DNA of 33,534 nucleotides from Octopus bimaculoides. Lineage: Eukaryota. A program made the translations under genes and the position numbers. Positions 22,050-33,175 of this stretch are shown piece after piece. Location of the stretch: the NCBI RefSeq assembly GCF_001194135.2, contig NC_068998.1, positions 8,963,279-8,996,812 on the forward strand, given 5' to 3'. How positions within the stretch are numbered: position 1 is the stretch's first letter; the number at the start of each line of letters is the position of its first letter. The notes below the pieces were generated by a model. It was not told where the DNA came from. It saw only the letters and a program-made list of their open reading frames with translations, and made no database searches.

Positions 22050-22470
22050 AAACTACTACCACTACTGCTGCTGCTGCTACTATACTATCATTACCACTAT
22101 CACTGCTACTACGGCCATTATTGTTACCATTGCAACTAGTACTACCGCTGCAACTGCAACAACTACAACCGTTGCTACCCTAACCACCAACACTGTTACC
22201 ATTTCCAACCAACTCCTCCACCACCAACTGCTTACATCACTAGCACCACCTACATACAACTCTACCTTCTAAGCCCCATCACCACCACCACCACCACCAC
22301 CACCTTCACCACAACCCACATTTTTACTGCCACTGCCGCCATTCCTACCCTAACCACCATTCACACCTACATCACCACTGCCATATCACTGCCTACACTA
22401 CTACCGACTAAACTTCATCACTACCACCGCCCATACCACCACCACCACTACTACCGCTCATATCACCAGT
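22050..22470. repeat. (ACT)/(ACC)/(CAC)n low-complexity trinucleotide mosaic
   Basis: Directly visible. The Thr-rich pseudo-ORF is closed by TAA at 22270-22272. Confidence 0.9.
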
Positions 22471-22602
22471 ATTATGTAAAGCAGTCCTGTGTAGGAACAA
22501 TTGCTCATCTTCCAGCTGAAGTCTCGCATGTAATTTGATGAAACCTTAATCTCTTCAAGTCTTTATTGTAGCATATTTGTCTGTGGCAAACAGCACTCCT
22601 CA

Positions 22603-22685
22603 CATACATTAGCAGTCAGATGTTGGTTTTTGTTGTGTGTTTATTGTGTACAAGAAGGGTGTATGTGTATGTGTATATATATATT

Positions 22686-22718
<33 letters not shown>

Positions 22719-22811
22719 GTCTGTTTGTGTGTATATATATATGTGTGTGTGTGTGTACACATACATTAATCCATGTGTATTCATTCATACCTACCCTCAC
22801 ACCTTATACAT
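22603..22811 (+). repeat. 209-bp direct duplication, copy 2 (probable donor)
   Basis: Same ends and length as 21546-21754. The internal (TG/TA)n composition differs. Confidence 0.9.
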
Positions 22812-23243
22812 ATATGTATATATACATACACATACGCATGCCTATATACATACATACACACACACACACACACACGTAAATACATGTACATGCACATATA
22901 TCATACATTAATCTATGCATGCTTCCATTCATGTCTATACTCCCACACACACACACACACACATACACTCACATATATACTTACATATACAAACACAAGC
23001 TTGTGTGTATATTTGCCAATATATCCACATAAAGAAGCTCATAAAAATGTTTACCCATATAGTACCACACCCACACACACACACACACACAGAATTACCT
23101 CACAGTTACATGCACACATTCATAATTTTCTTTTTTCATTGTTAAAATAATAATAATTATTACTATTATCTCTTCTTTTTTTTTGCTGAAATTTGCAACT
23201 TGATTCTTGTATGTATGTATTTATTTATATTTATATTTATATC

Positions 23244-23270
23244 TATTTTTCTTTTGTGTTTCAGGTAAGA
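23244..23270 (+). other. Strong 3' splice-site-like motif with an abutting 5' splice-site consensus (CAG|GTAAGA)
   Basis: tatttttcttttgtgtttCAG|GTAAGA, junction 23264/23265. Confidence 0.35.
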
Positions 23271-23752
23271 ATGAAATATTATCGAGTTTCTAAACACTTT
23301 CGAAGGAGGCAGAGTTGAATGGGAATATGAGAGGTAACGAAAAAAACAAATATAAGCTCTGCCGCTGCATATTTGTAGGGTTGTTGTTCTATATGCAAAA
23401 AACCTTCAGTTAGCATTTTATTGGTGAGTTCTATTACATATTTGGTTACCTTGTTTGATACCACTGGAGTGAATGACAAGCTAAGGGGAAAAAGAAATGG
23501 ATATCCTCATTCATTTGAGCTGCTGAAAGCTTTCGTAAGTGGATTTAGTAGATGGGAACCGAAAGTAGGCGCCTGCTGTGTGTGTGTTTCTACTCCACTG
23601 TTGTTCAATAAAAAAAAAATATGTATTGGGGTTGTTTTGTTTGATGAAACACTTTAAGACAGTCCTCCAGTATAGCTGCAGCTAAATCACTGAAATAGGT
23701 AAGTGATAAAAAGCTAAAAGATGTACATACATACATATGTACACACACACAC

Positions 23753-23956
23753 GCCGCCTGACTGGCCCTCGTGCCGGTGGCACATAAAAGCAACCACTAC
23801 ACTCGCGGAGTGGTTGGCGTTAGGAAGGGCATCCAGCTGTAGAAACTCTGCTAGATCAGATTGGAGCCTGGTGCAGCCTTCTGGTTCGCCAGCCCTATGT
23901 CAAATCATCCAACCCATACTAGCGTGGAAAGCGGACGTTAAACGATGATGATGATT
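23753..23956 (+). mobile_element. Family B 3' half with intact (GAT)n tail
   Basis: gtggcacataaaagc..ttaggaagggcatccagctgtagaaactctg..gaaagcggacgttaaacgatgatgatgat. Confidence 0.85.
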
Positions 23957-23958
23957 AA

Positions 23959-24153
23959 GCACAGGAGTAGCTGAGTGGTAAGAAGTCTGCTCTTGAACCA
24001 CATGGTTCCAGGTTCAGTCCCATTGTGTGACATTTTGGGGCATGTGTCTAACCAAGGCCTCGTGGTTGGAGCTGGCCGATAGAAACCGAAAGAAGCATGT
24101 TGTGTATATGTGTTTGAGTTTGTTCCCACCATTATGTGACAACTGGTATTGGT
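23959..24153 (+). mobile_element. Family A SINE head to middle
   Basis: caggagtagctgagtggtaagaag..accacatggttccaggttcagtccc; starts immediately after the B tail. Confidence 0.75.
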
Positions 24154-25569
24154 GCTTCAGGATGGCACAAGTAAAAGCTAAAAGATAAGATATATAGAAT
24201 GCATGTGTGTATGTGTAATATATATATGTATATATTTAAATGAGGTTATTAACCCTCATGAAAGATCATGGGGGTCTTATGGCAAATCGAATCAATATTT
24301 TAACCTTGCATGGTGGCGTGGGGGGTGTCTGATAACTTCTGAATCATGTTTGCTGTCTCTCTCCCAAGCAGACTATTAATATCTGTTATAAATCATGCTG
24401 CGTGTACAATATAGATTCCACAGCAAGTGTATGGCGGGTGGGGGGGGAAGGGAAATTACACAAAACGCCGTACAGCATGTGAATTAACTCGAAAATTATT
24501 TTTAACCTTGCTCTACATTTCNNNNNNNNNNNNNNNNNNNNNNNNNNNNNNNNNNNNNNNNNNNNNNNNNNNNNNNNNNNNNNNNNNNNNNNNNNNNNNN
24601 NNNNNNNNNNNNNNNNNNNNNNNNNNNNNNNNNNNNNNNNNNNNNNNNNNNNNNNNNNNNNNNNNNNNNNNNNNNNNNNNNNNNNNNNNNNNNNNNNNNN
24701 NNNNNNNNNNNNNNNNNNNNNNNNNNNNNNNNNNNNNNNNNNNNNNNNNNNNNNNNNNNNNNNNNNNNNNNNNNNNNNNNNNNNNNNNNNNNNNNNNNNN
24801 NNNNNNNNNNNNNNNNNNNNNNNNNNNNNNNNNNNNNNNNNNNNNNNNNNNNNNNNNNNNNNNNNNNNNNNNNNNNNNNNNNNNNNNNNNNNNNNNNNNN
24901 NNNNNNNNNNNNNNNNNNNNNNNNNNNNNNNNNNNNNNNNNNNNNNNNNNNNNNNNNNNNNNNNNNNNNNNNNNNNNNNNNNNNNNNNNNNNNNNNNNNN
25001 NNNNNNNNNNNNNNNNNNNNNNNNNNNNNNNNNNNNNNNNNNNNNNNNNNNNNNNNNNNNNNNNNNNNNNNNNNNNNNNNNNNNNNNNNNNNNNNNNNNN
25101 NNNNNNNNNNNNNNNNNNNNNNNNNNNNNNNNNNNNNNNNNNNNNNNNNNNNNNNNNNNNNNNNNNNNNNNNNNNNNNNNNNNNNNNNNNNNNNNNNNNN
25201 NNNNNNNNNNNNNNNCTGTCAAGGTTGTTTATCATTAGGACAGTTGTTCCTGATCGAGCGAGCAGACCTATAACCAAAGGTCGTTCCTACTAATGACCAT
25301 CCAGTCTTATTTGCAGGAATACCATACTTCAAACAAGTGACAGGAATAAACCATAGAGGGTATTTGTGTGTTATGTATGTTGGTTGATATTGTAGATCTG
25401 ACATCGGGCCATCTTTCTGTCTGTTCCAACTACATGTACCTGCATAGCAAGACACCTGTTTCTGCCTCTCTGTCTCACTCTCACCTTTCATTATCTGACA
25501 CAAGATCCCTTCCTGCAATGCCCCCCCCCCCTCTTCTCAAAATTCTTTGTCCTGAGAGTCATTTGGTGG

Positions 25570-25864
25570 CCCTGCTGGCGCTGGTGCCACCAAACAAAAG
25601 CATCTGGTCCACACGGTAAGCTGGTTGGTGTTCAGAAGGGTATCCAGCTGTAAGAGCCATGCCAAAACTGACCTCCCCTGTGCTGGTGCCACGAAAAAAA
25701 ATCACTCAGTCCACTTTGCAGGGTGGTTGGTGTTAGGGAGGGCATCCAGCCGTAAAAACCCTTTCAAAACAGTCACAGTAGCCTGCCGTATCCTTCTGCC
25801 TGGCCGGCTCCTGTCAAACTGTCCACCCCATGGAAGGTGCAGATTAAACGATGATGATGCTGAT
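25570..25864 (+). mobile_element. Family B variant with duplicated core unit
   Basis: tggttggtgtt.g..ggg.atccagc.gtaa occurs twice (~25620 and ~25725); ends attaaacgatgatgatg. Confidence 0.7.
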
Positions 25865-26540
25865 GTATACATATTCATGTGCACATTCAAACATGGTTGT
25901 ACATGGATACACTTACTTACAGGCACCTACTCACATGTGCCCACAAGCTTACATACACCTACTCATGTGACTCCCCCCACACACACACACTTCATACTCC
26001 TACATGTCCCCATGTTCACATTAATTAACTCACAAACAATTCAAAATTACTCAGACATTGATATACCCTCACATACTCATAAACACAACACACACACACA
26101 CACACACACACTTGTATAGCTGCACTCTCTATTACATACCCACGATCTGACATACTCAAACTCATTCACACACAATCTCTTACATAGACACACTCTCTAA
26201 CACAGATGTGCATGCGCACACACCCACACGTGCATCACTTATGCATAGACGCACTTATACAGAGACAGACGTAGACATACTTAGACACACATAGACATAC
26301 CCTCCTACACAGATGTGCATGCATGCACACCCACACACGCATTTATATGTTGTGCAGAAACCAACATATTTTTATAGGATGTGCATACATGCAATCATAA
26401 ATGCATGCAAACACACACACATGTACTTGTTACTAGCACAAGTATGTTCGAAAGATATTTGAGATGGTAACAAGTTTGTATTTATCTCAATAACTGCTTA
26501 ATACTTCTAATCCGTGTGTGCGTGTGTGTTAGTATGTATA

Positions 26541-26691
26541 TCATCATCACCATCATCATCATCATCTAATGTCTGTTGTCCCTGCTGGCATGGGTTGGAC
26601 AGTTTGACCAGGGCTGGTAAGCTGAGGTGCTGCATCAGACTCCAGTCTGATCTGGCATGGTTTCTACAGCTGGATGCCCTTCCTAATACCA
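26541..26691 (-). mobile_element. Family B 3' fragment
   Basis: (cat)n-taatgtc.gttgtcc.tgctggcatgggttggacagtttgac..tttctacagctggatgcccttcctaatacca. Confidence 0.8.
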
Positions 26692-26696
26692 ATATG

Positions 26697-26744
<48 letters not shown>

Positions 26745-26904
26745 GGTATGTATGTAAGAGCACTATGATACAAAAGTAAAATAATACATATTAGTGATAG
26801 AAGGAGTATTAATACCTAGTGATAATATTTATCCCCCCTTGAATAGGGATGTTCTATTAGAACAAACTATACTGTGATAGATACCATGAGAGAAACGCAC
26901 ATAT

Positions 26905-26996
26905 CTGCTATCTCCAGCACTGAGACCACCAGATCATGTGATTTCGACTTTCCTTTGTCTCATCAGTAATGGACATTCGGCCACTTGAGATAGCAG
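26905..26996 (-). ncRNA. Type I hammerhead ribozyme motif (candidate self-cleaving RNA)
   Basis: Minus strand: CUGAUGA (26966-26960); stem II GAC/GUC with loop AAAGGAAA; GAAA (26945-26942); stem III AUCAC/GUGGU with 8-nt loop; cleavage triplet GUC (cut between 26924 and 26923). Proximal stem I is imperfect; distal stem I is a perfect 10-bp helix CUGCUAUCUC/GAGAUAGCAG (26996-26987 with 26914-26905). Confidence 0.8.
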
Positions 26997-27456
26997 CAGT
27001 TCATCTCCCTTCCAGTGATATATAGAAAACCATGTCTAAAGGGGGTCTTTATCCTTTTTCACACTTCTAGTTATGATATTTTGTGCCTGAAATATCTAAA
27101 AGTTACTCAAGTTTCCTTTTCAGGTGGTTAGAAGCTCTCCTTAGTTTCTGTTATTTTACTTGAAAGCATGAGGTTCCAGTTTTGATGCTCTTGCAATGTA
27201 TGTTGTGCACGTCTGTTTTTATAATCTTGAGTTGATGCTACCTTTCTGAGCGAGAGCGATTAGGTCAATCGGATGTGTGAACTAAAGGGTATACAGCCTT
27301 GCATTCCACTGAATAAAGCGTACCTCTAATTCAATGTGCCAGCCTGCTTGTAGAATCCTGCATCTGATTGGTTTCATTGTAGAATCCTGTTAAGAACACA
27401 AAATGACTGTGACATTACTGAGTCATTTCTGCAAGAATGTGAGTAGGTAAATTGGG

Positions 27457-27810
27457 TTGATTGGTTAACTGAAATACTCAACATTGATTGGATAATTGAA
27501 ATTACTCATTGTTGACTGGATGACTGAAACTCCTGTTGATCGGCCATCTGAGACGTTCGTTGCTGATTGGATAACAGAGACCCTTGTTGATTGGATATAC
27601 TCATTGGATACTCATCTACGATTTGATAACTAGAATACTGATGACTTGAGTACTCAGCATTCATTAGATGACTGAAAGACTCAATTTTGATTGGATATTG
27701 TATAACTGGAATGTCGAACACTCAGCTTTGATTGAATAACTGGAATATTTAATTTTTTTTTTTTTTTTTTTTTTGGATAACTGAACTACTCATTGATTGG
27801 CTAACTGCAG
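27457..27810. repeat. Old degenerate minisatellite, ~24-28-bp unit, ~12 copies
   Basis: Consensus about TTGATTGGATAACTGAAATACTCA, e.g. 27457-27483, 27484-27511, 27512-27535, 27563-27586. Confidence 0.75.
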
Positions 27811-28682
27811 TATAAATTATTGAAGCTGATGGAGACTCGTTTACTGAGTTTGTGTATATTAACGAGCTCAGTGTAGACGGTTGATTTCTCTCAGCGCGAA
27901 TAGGATTTCAGTTAAGTGATTTCACTCGTGAATGTGTCAGCTTGTATGTGTATATATATATATGCATGTGTTTATATGTACAAGTGTGTGTGTGTATTCT
28001 TTTTGATGGTGGAACTCAAATTAGCTGAAGCTATNNNNNNNNNNNNNNNNNNNNNNNNNNNNNNNNNNNNNNNNNNNNNNNNNNNNNNNNNNNNNNNNNN
28101 NNNNNNNNNNNNNNNNNNNNNNNNNNNNNNNNNNNNNNNNNNNNNNNNNNNNNNNNNNNNNNNNNNNNNNNNNNNNNNNNNNNNNNNNNNNNNNNNNNNN
28201 NNNNNNNNNNNNNNNNNNNNNNNNNNNNNNNNNNNNNNNNNNNNNNNNNNNNNNNNNNNNNNNNNNNNNNNNNNNNNNNNNNNNNNNNNNNNNNNNNNNN
28301 NNNNNNNNNNNNNNNNNNNNNNNNNNNNNNNNNNNNNNNNNNNNNNNNNNNNNNNNNNNNNNNNNNNNNNNNNNNNNNNNNNNNNNNNNNNNNNNNNNNN
28401 NNNNNNNNNNNNNNNNNNNNNNNNNNNNNNNNNNNNNNNNNNNNNNNNNNNNNNNNNNNNNNNNNNNNNNNNNNNNNNNNNNNNNNNNNNNNNNNNNNNN
28501 NNNNNNNNNNNNNNNNNNNNNNNNNNNNNNNNNNNNNNNNNNNNNNNNNNNNNNNNNNNNNNNNNNNNNNNNNNNNNNNNNNNNNNNNNNNNNNNNNNNN
28601 NNNNNNNNNNNNNNNNNNNNNTCTTCAGCCACCAAGCTTCACTGACGAATTGAAAACCTGTGCATGTGCCTGTGTGTGTATT

Positions 28683-28721
<39 letters not shown>

Positions 28722-29782
28722 ATCTTTATTTATGCACATACTTGCCTCTGTCTATTTATGTGTGAGTGATGAGTGCATGGTTTCCGTGTGTGTTTGTGTG
28801 GTGTGCGTGTGTGTCTTTCGTTTTATGTATTCGCACGTGTGACTCTGTGTGTGTGTGTGTGTGTAAGTGATAAGTGATACAACCTAATAAATCTATATCA
28901 TAGATCTGTTAAGTGAAGCTCACTGGCACAGGAGCGTCGAAGGAGATGATGGCATTGGTCATAGGGATACTACTACTAGTAGTAATAGTGGTGGTAGTTG
29001 TCGTGGTTGTCAATGGTAGTATTAGTAGGGATAGGAAAAAAAAAAAAAGCAGGCAACAAAACGAAACATCAAAACCTAAAAATATAAAACAAAAAAAGAA
29101 AAAACAAAGCTTATATCAATTCCATTAGTACCTAAGGCTGTTTTTTTTTATTATCCCAGCCTTTCATTTCTGTAGACTTACTCTGTTTTTATTATTATTA
29201 TTTATTTTCATTTTGTTATTGCACAGTGTGATGTCATCTGCTTGGAGGAAACTAGTAATGGTGGCATTAGCTGATGGTTGTTGTTGTGATGGTGATGTTG
29301 GTGGTGGTGGTGGTGGTGGTGGTGGTGATGTTTGTGTGTGTGTCTGTGCTGTGACATTGGTTGGTATAAAGGCAGCGAGAGGAGAGAACCAATAACAGGA
29401 ATTACAATGGAAAGTCTTTGGGAAATTGAGAGCCAATGTGGAAGCGTGTAGGTGTATACGTGTGCACATGCAGGTGCGTCTGTATGTGTGTATGCGTATA
29501 TATAGGTGTGTACATTCACATGTATATACATTCACAGACACACACACACACATACACAAATGCACACACTCATAGGATATGCGTAGGTCTCCATGCTTCT
29601 GTGCATATATATATATATACATATATACACATATATATGTGTGTGTGTGTGTATATATATATACACATACATAAATATATATGAGTGTGTGTATGTATGT
29701 ATGTGTATACATGTGTGTGTGTGTATATATATAAAAGCACCTACAGCTTCATGTATAATCATCACACAATCTTGTGAAACAT

Positions 29783-29848
<66 letters not shown>

Positions 29849-30117
29849 GTCTGTATCTATCTATTTGTATCCCTGTTATGTGTATGTGTCTGATACATTC
29901 CTGCACGTCTTTCTATTCTCTCTGACGCACACATGTGTGCTCACTCATGCGCAGACACACGCCTACACACACAGAGTACTTCCTATACTACCTCCTGCAA
30001 ACAGATCCTACAAGAAGCTACATAAACCTCCAATGCCTACACAAGATGAAATTCATGTGATATCTGGTTGTACCTACCTCATGCTATGAAGGTAACATCA
30101 TATAACCATCATAACTC

Positions 30118-30215
30118 TTAACCCTTTAGCATTCACATTACTCTCTCAAATATGATACTTATTTACTCTGGTTGTTTTGAATTATTCCTGCATTGTCTCA
30201 TATATGTAACTATTT
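30118..30215 (+). mobile_element. Possible piggyBac-like MITE end
   Basis: TTAA (30118-30121) followed by CCCTTTAGCATT. TTAA target plus CCC-initial termini is typical of piggyBac. No second end was found. Confidence 0.35.
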
Positions 30216-30339
30216 GGACTTTGGTTCTATTTGGGTCTATTAGTATGCTGATTAAAGCACATTCTCGTTTGGGCTACCTGGGTCAAAACAATCGTTGTGC
30301 TGAATAAGGATTCATGCTAAATCCATCTTCCATTTCCCC

Positions 30340-30790
30340 CATCATCATCATTTAATGTCTGTTGTCCATGCTAGTTTGGGCTAGCACGCTGGAAGGCTGC
30401 ACCAGACTCCAGTCTGATTTGGCGTGGTTTTCTATGGCTGCATGCCCTACCTAACGCCAACCACTCTGAGAGTGTAATGGGTGCTTTTATGTGCCACCAG
30501 CATGTGTGCCATTTGTGTGACACTGGAGTGCATTTATGTTTCACTGGCACAGGTGTACATTTGCATGACATCAGTATCTGTCACAAATGCGATTTTGCTC
30601 AGCTTGATGGCTCTTCTTCTTTAGCATGACATAATACCAAAGGTCTTGGCCACTTTGCCTCTGTGGGGCCCAACACTCGAAAGGAACTTGGCCACTTTGC
30701 CTCTGTGAGGCCCAGTGTTCAAAAGATGTTCTTTACATGCCACCAGCATGGTTGCACTTGGCTTGTGCTCAAGCACAGCACATCGCCACA
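30340..30790 (-). mobile_element. Family B variant with internal 28-bp duplication
   Basis: (cat)n tail module; cttggccactttgcctctgtg.ggccca occurs at ~30646 and ~30688. Confidence 0.7.
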
Positions 30791-30869
30791 CACACGCACG
30801 TGTATGTGTGTGCAAGAAGTCTGTGTGTATATATGTGTATGAATGTATACATACATGTATATGTGTGTG

Positions 30870-31060
30870 TTTGTCCTGCATCACTGCTTGTTGGTTTGCT
30901 TAGATTTTTTTGTTTATGTTTATCGGCAAAAAAGACTTATAGAATAAGTACTAAGCTTTTGAAAAAGACGGTCCTGGGCTCAACGTGTTTGACTCAACCC
31001 CATTAAGGTCGAGCCCCAGTATTGTCATAGTCCAATGAGTGAAACAAATAAAGTTAAAAG
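30870..31060 (+). mobile_element. Degraded family A 3' half
   Basis: tcggcaaaaaagac..tagaataagtacta.gctt..gtcctggg.tc.a..tgtttgact..cccagtat.g.catagtc.aatga.tgaaaca. Confidence 0.65.
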
Positions 31061-31504
31061 AAAGGAAAAGAAAACGAAAAAATCGAAACCCAGTAGATTC
31101 CGGAATCTGAACTTTGATAGTCATTAATTCACTTGAGATGGCAAAAAGAATAACTTAGAAACATTTGACCGTTCTTGACATCGGCCGTTTGTAAACATGA
31201 AGTGCCAACTACTGTCAGTTTAATTCATCGCGAAACCAAAAAACTTCTGTAATCATTCCATATCAAATCAAATCGAATAAATGTTGATTTTTGTGCTGTA
31301 TTTTTGCTCTTCTTTTAATTTTTGGTTTTGTTTTTGCTTTATTCTTGGAATCGGTAAAATGAAAAAAAAAGAATAAAAAACAACAACTTATGGAATTAAC
31401 CGAAATTGACTTTATTTTGCATAAGTAATTATCCAATCGATTTTTATACGTAGACTTCATGTTAAAAGAGTTTGTGCTGTTTTGGTAGAAAGTTATCTAA
31501 GATG

Positions 31505-31665
31505 CAGACATCATGGCTGTGTGGTTTAAGATGGTTCCATTGCAGCCATGTGATTTTGAGTTCAGTCCACAGTATGGCTCCCTGGACAAGCGTCACCCTA
31601 TTGTAACCCCTGGCCATTGAGAAATCTACTTCAATGAAATCCGTCCGAGGCATGGAAGCAAAGCT
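31505..31665 (+). mobile_element. Degraded family A-type head with tail remnant
   Basis: catggctgtgtggtttaaga..gagttcagtcc..ggacaag. Confidence 0.5.
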
Positions 31666-31765
31666 TATGGTAAAAGATGCTTAACTGGAGGTGCTGCATA
31701 ATGAACTGAAGTCGTGTCTATGTGATTGCAAAATAAACTTCTGCCATGTTGTTTAACACCGAGTC

Positions 31766-32209
31766 TGCTTTGCCCAGAGGACAATAGTGCTGTTGAAGTG
31801 GCCCAAGGTAGTGGCAGTGCTTTGGTCATATTTTTGTGGTGGTCTTGCTTGGAGTGGTGCTTGTGATTATATATTATATGCTCAGGAGTCCAACACAAAT
31901 CTATACTATTGTCATATTTATCGGGGCCCCAGGGTATTGCTTTGCTCAGAGTACAATAGTGCTGTTGAAGTGGCCCAAGGTAGCGGCAGTACTTCAGGCA
32001 TATTCTTGTGGTGGTCATGCTTGTGGTTATATATTATATACTCAGGTGTCCAACATAAATCTATGCTATTGTCTTGTTTATTGGGGCCCCAGGGTGTTGC
32101 TTTGCCCAGGGGCCAATAATGCTGTTGAAGTGGCCCAAGGTAGCGGCAGTGCTTTCGTCATATTTTTGTGGTGGTCTTGCTTGGAGTGGTACTTGTGGTT
32201 ACATATATT
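31766..32209. repeat. Tandem repeat, 160-172-bp unit, ~2.7 copies
   Basis: Anchor gctgttgaagtggcccaaggtag at 31789, 31961 and 32121 (periods 172 and 160; copy 2 lacks a 12-bp ttggagtggt segment). Confidence 0.9.
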
Positions 32210-32890
32210 GTAGTGGTGGTGATGACAGTGATGTAGATATAATTTTAGTGGTGGTCATGGTTATAATGATGCTGCAGTTATATTGTTATATTTTTTGCTG
32301 GTTTCTGTATAGTTTGTATGTAAACATTTTGAACATCTGCACTAGTTCACCTCTTCTCGAACTTACAGGCTGAGTTTTTCTTTTGATCTATATCATTATT
32401 ATTATCATCATTATTATTATTTATTATTATTGTTTCTTTTGTTTCTTCTACAAACAAATATGTCTACGCACACACACACACACACACACACACATCCACA
32501 CACATAGACAGAGGCTCTCTTTCCTTCACCATCTTTCTGTCTTGCCCCCCTCCTCACCCATCCACTCCAAAACCTGGACACATTTCTTCGTATTCCTGCA
32601 CACACACGTGCACACTTTCATACATATTTCCTTGCTTGCTTCTGCATACATGTATAGACACAGTGGTGCTTGTTGATGATGATGATGGCGATAGTTGTGG
32701 TGATGTCGGTGATACAATTTTTTTTAGATAAGATTATCAATGTGTGTGTGTGTATATATATATATTTAGAAATAAATAAATGTACACACATATAAATAAA
32801 TATATGTGTGTGTTTCTACATACCTGTGCACTTACATAAATGTATACATGAATGATGTGTAGTCTCCCTTTCTTTTCTCTCTCTCTCCTT

Positions 32891-32956
32891 CTCCCCCTAA
32901 CTGCCTTTTACTCTCTCTTTCTCCCCCCCCTAACTGCCTTTTACTCTCTCTTTCTC
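32891..32956. repeat. ~33-bp tandem duplication
   Basis: ccccctaactgccttttactctctctttctc occurs twice. Confidence 0.85.
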
Positions 32957-33039
32957 TTGCTCTCCCCATTATCTTTCAAATATGTAAGCGCTCTCACACA
33001 AGCATTAACATTCCTCTATATTGATGCACACATCTCATT

Positions 33040-33119
33040 CCCACCATATGTTTAAATACATATAAACATCCACACACACAACACACACACATATATATAC
33101 ATATATACACATACATACA

Positions 33120-33175
<56 letters not shown>

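Noticed and set aside
21997-22470. Mucin-like Thr/Pro-rich coding exon
   Set aside because: This is a low-complexity trinucleotide mosaic with an in-frame stop and no flanking splice signals, equivalent to the other microsatellite mosaics.
28642-28670. CTGACGA-att-GAAA hammerhead-like string
   Set aside because: Only 3 nt separate the core halves, so stem II cannot form, and no stem I or III complement was found.
31787-32213. 110-125-aa ORFs over the tandem repeat
   Set aside because: Overlapping ORFs on both strands simply reflect the repeated unit, and no domain is recognisable.
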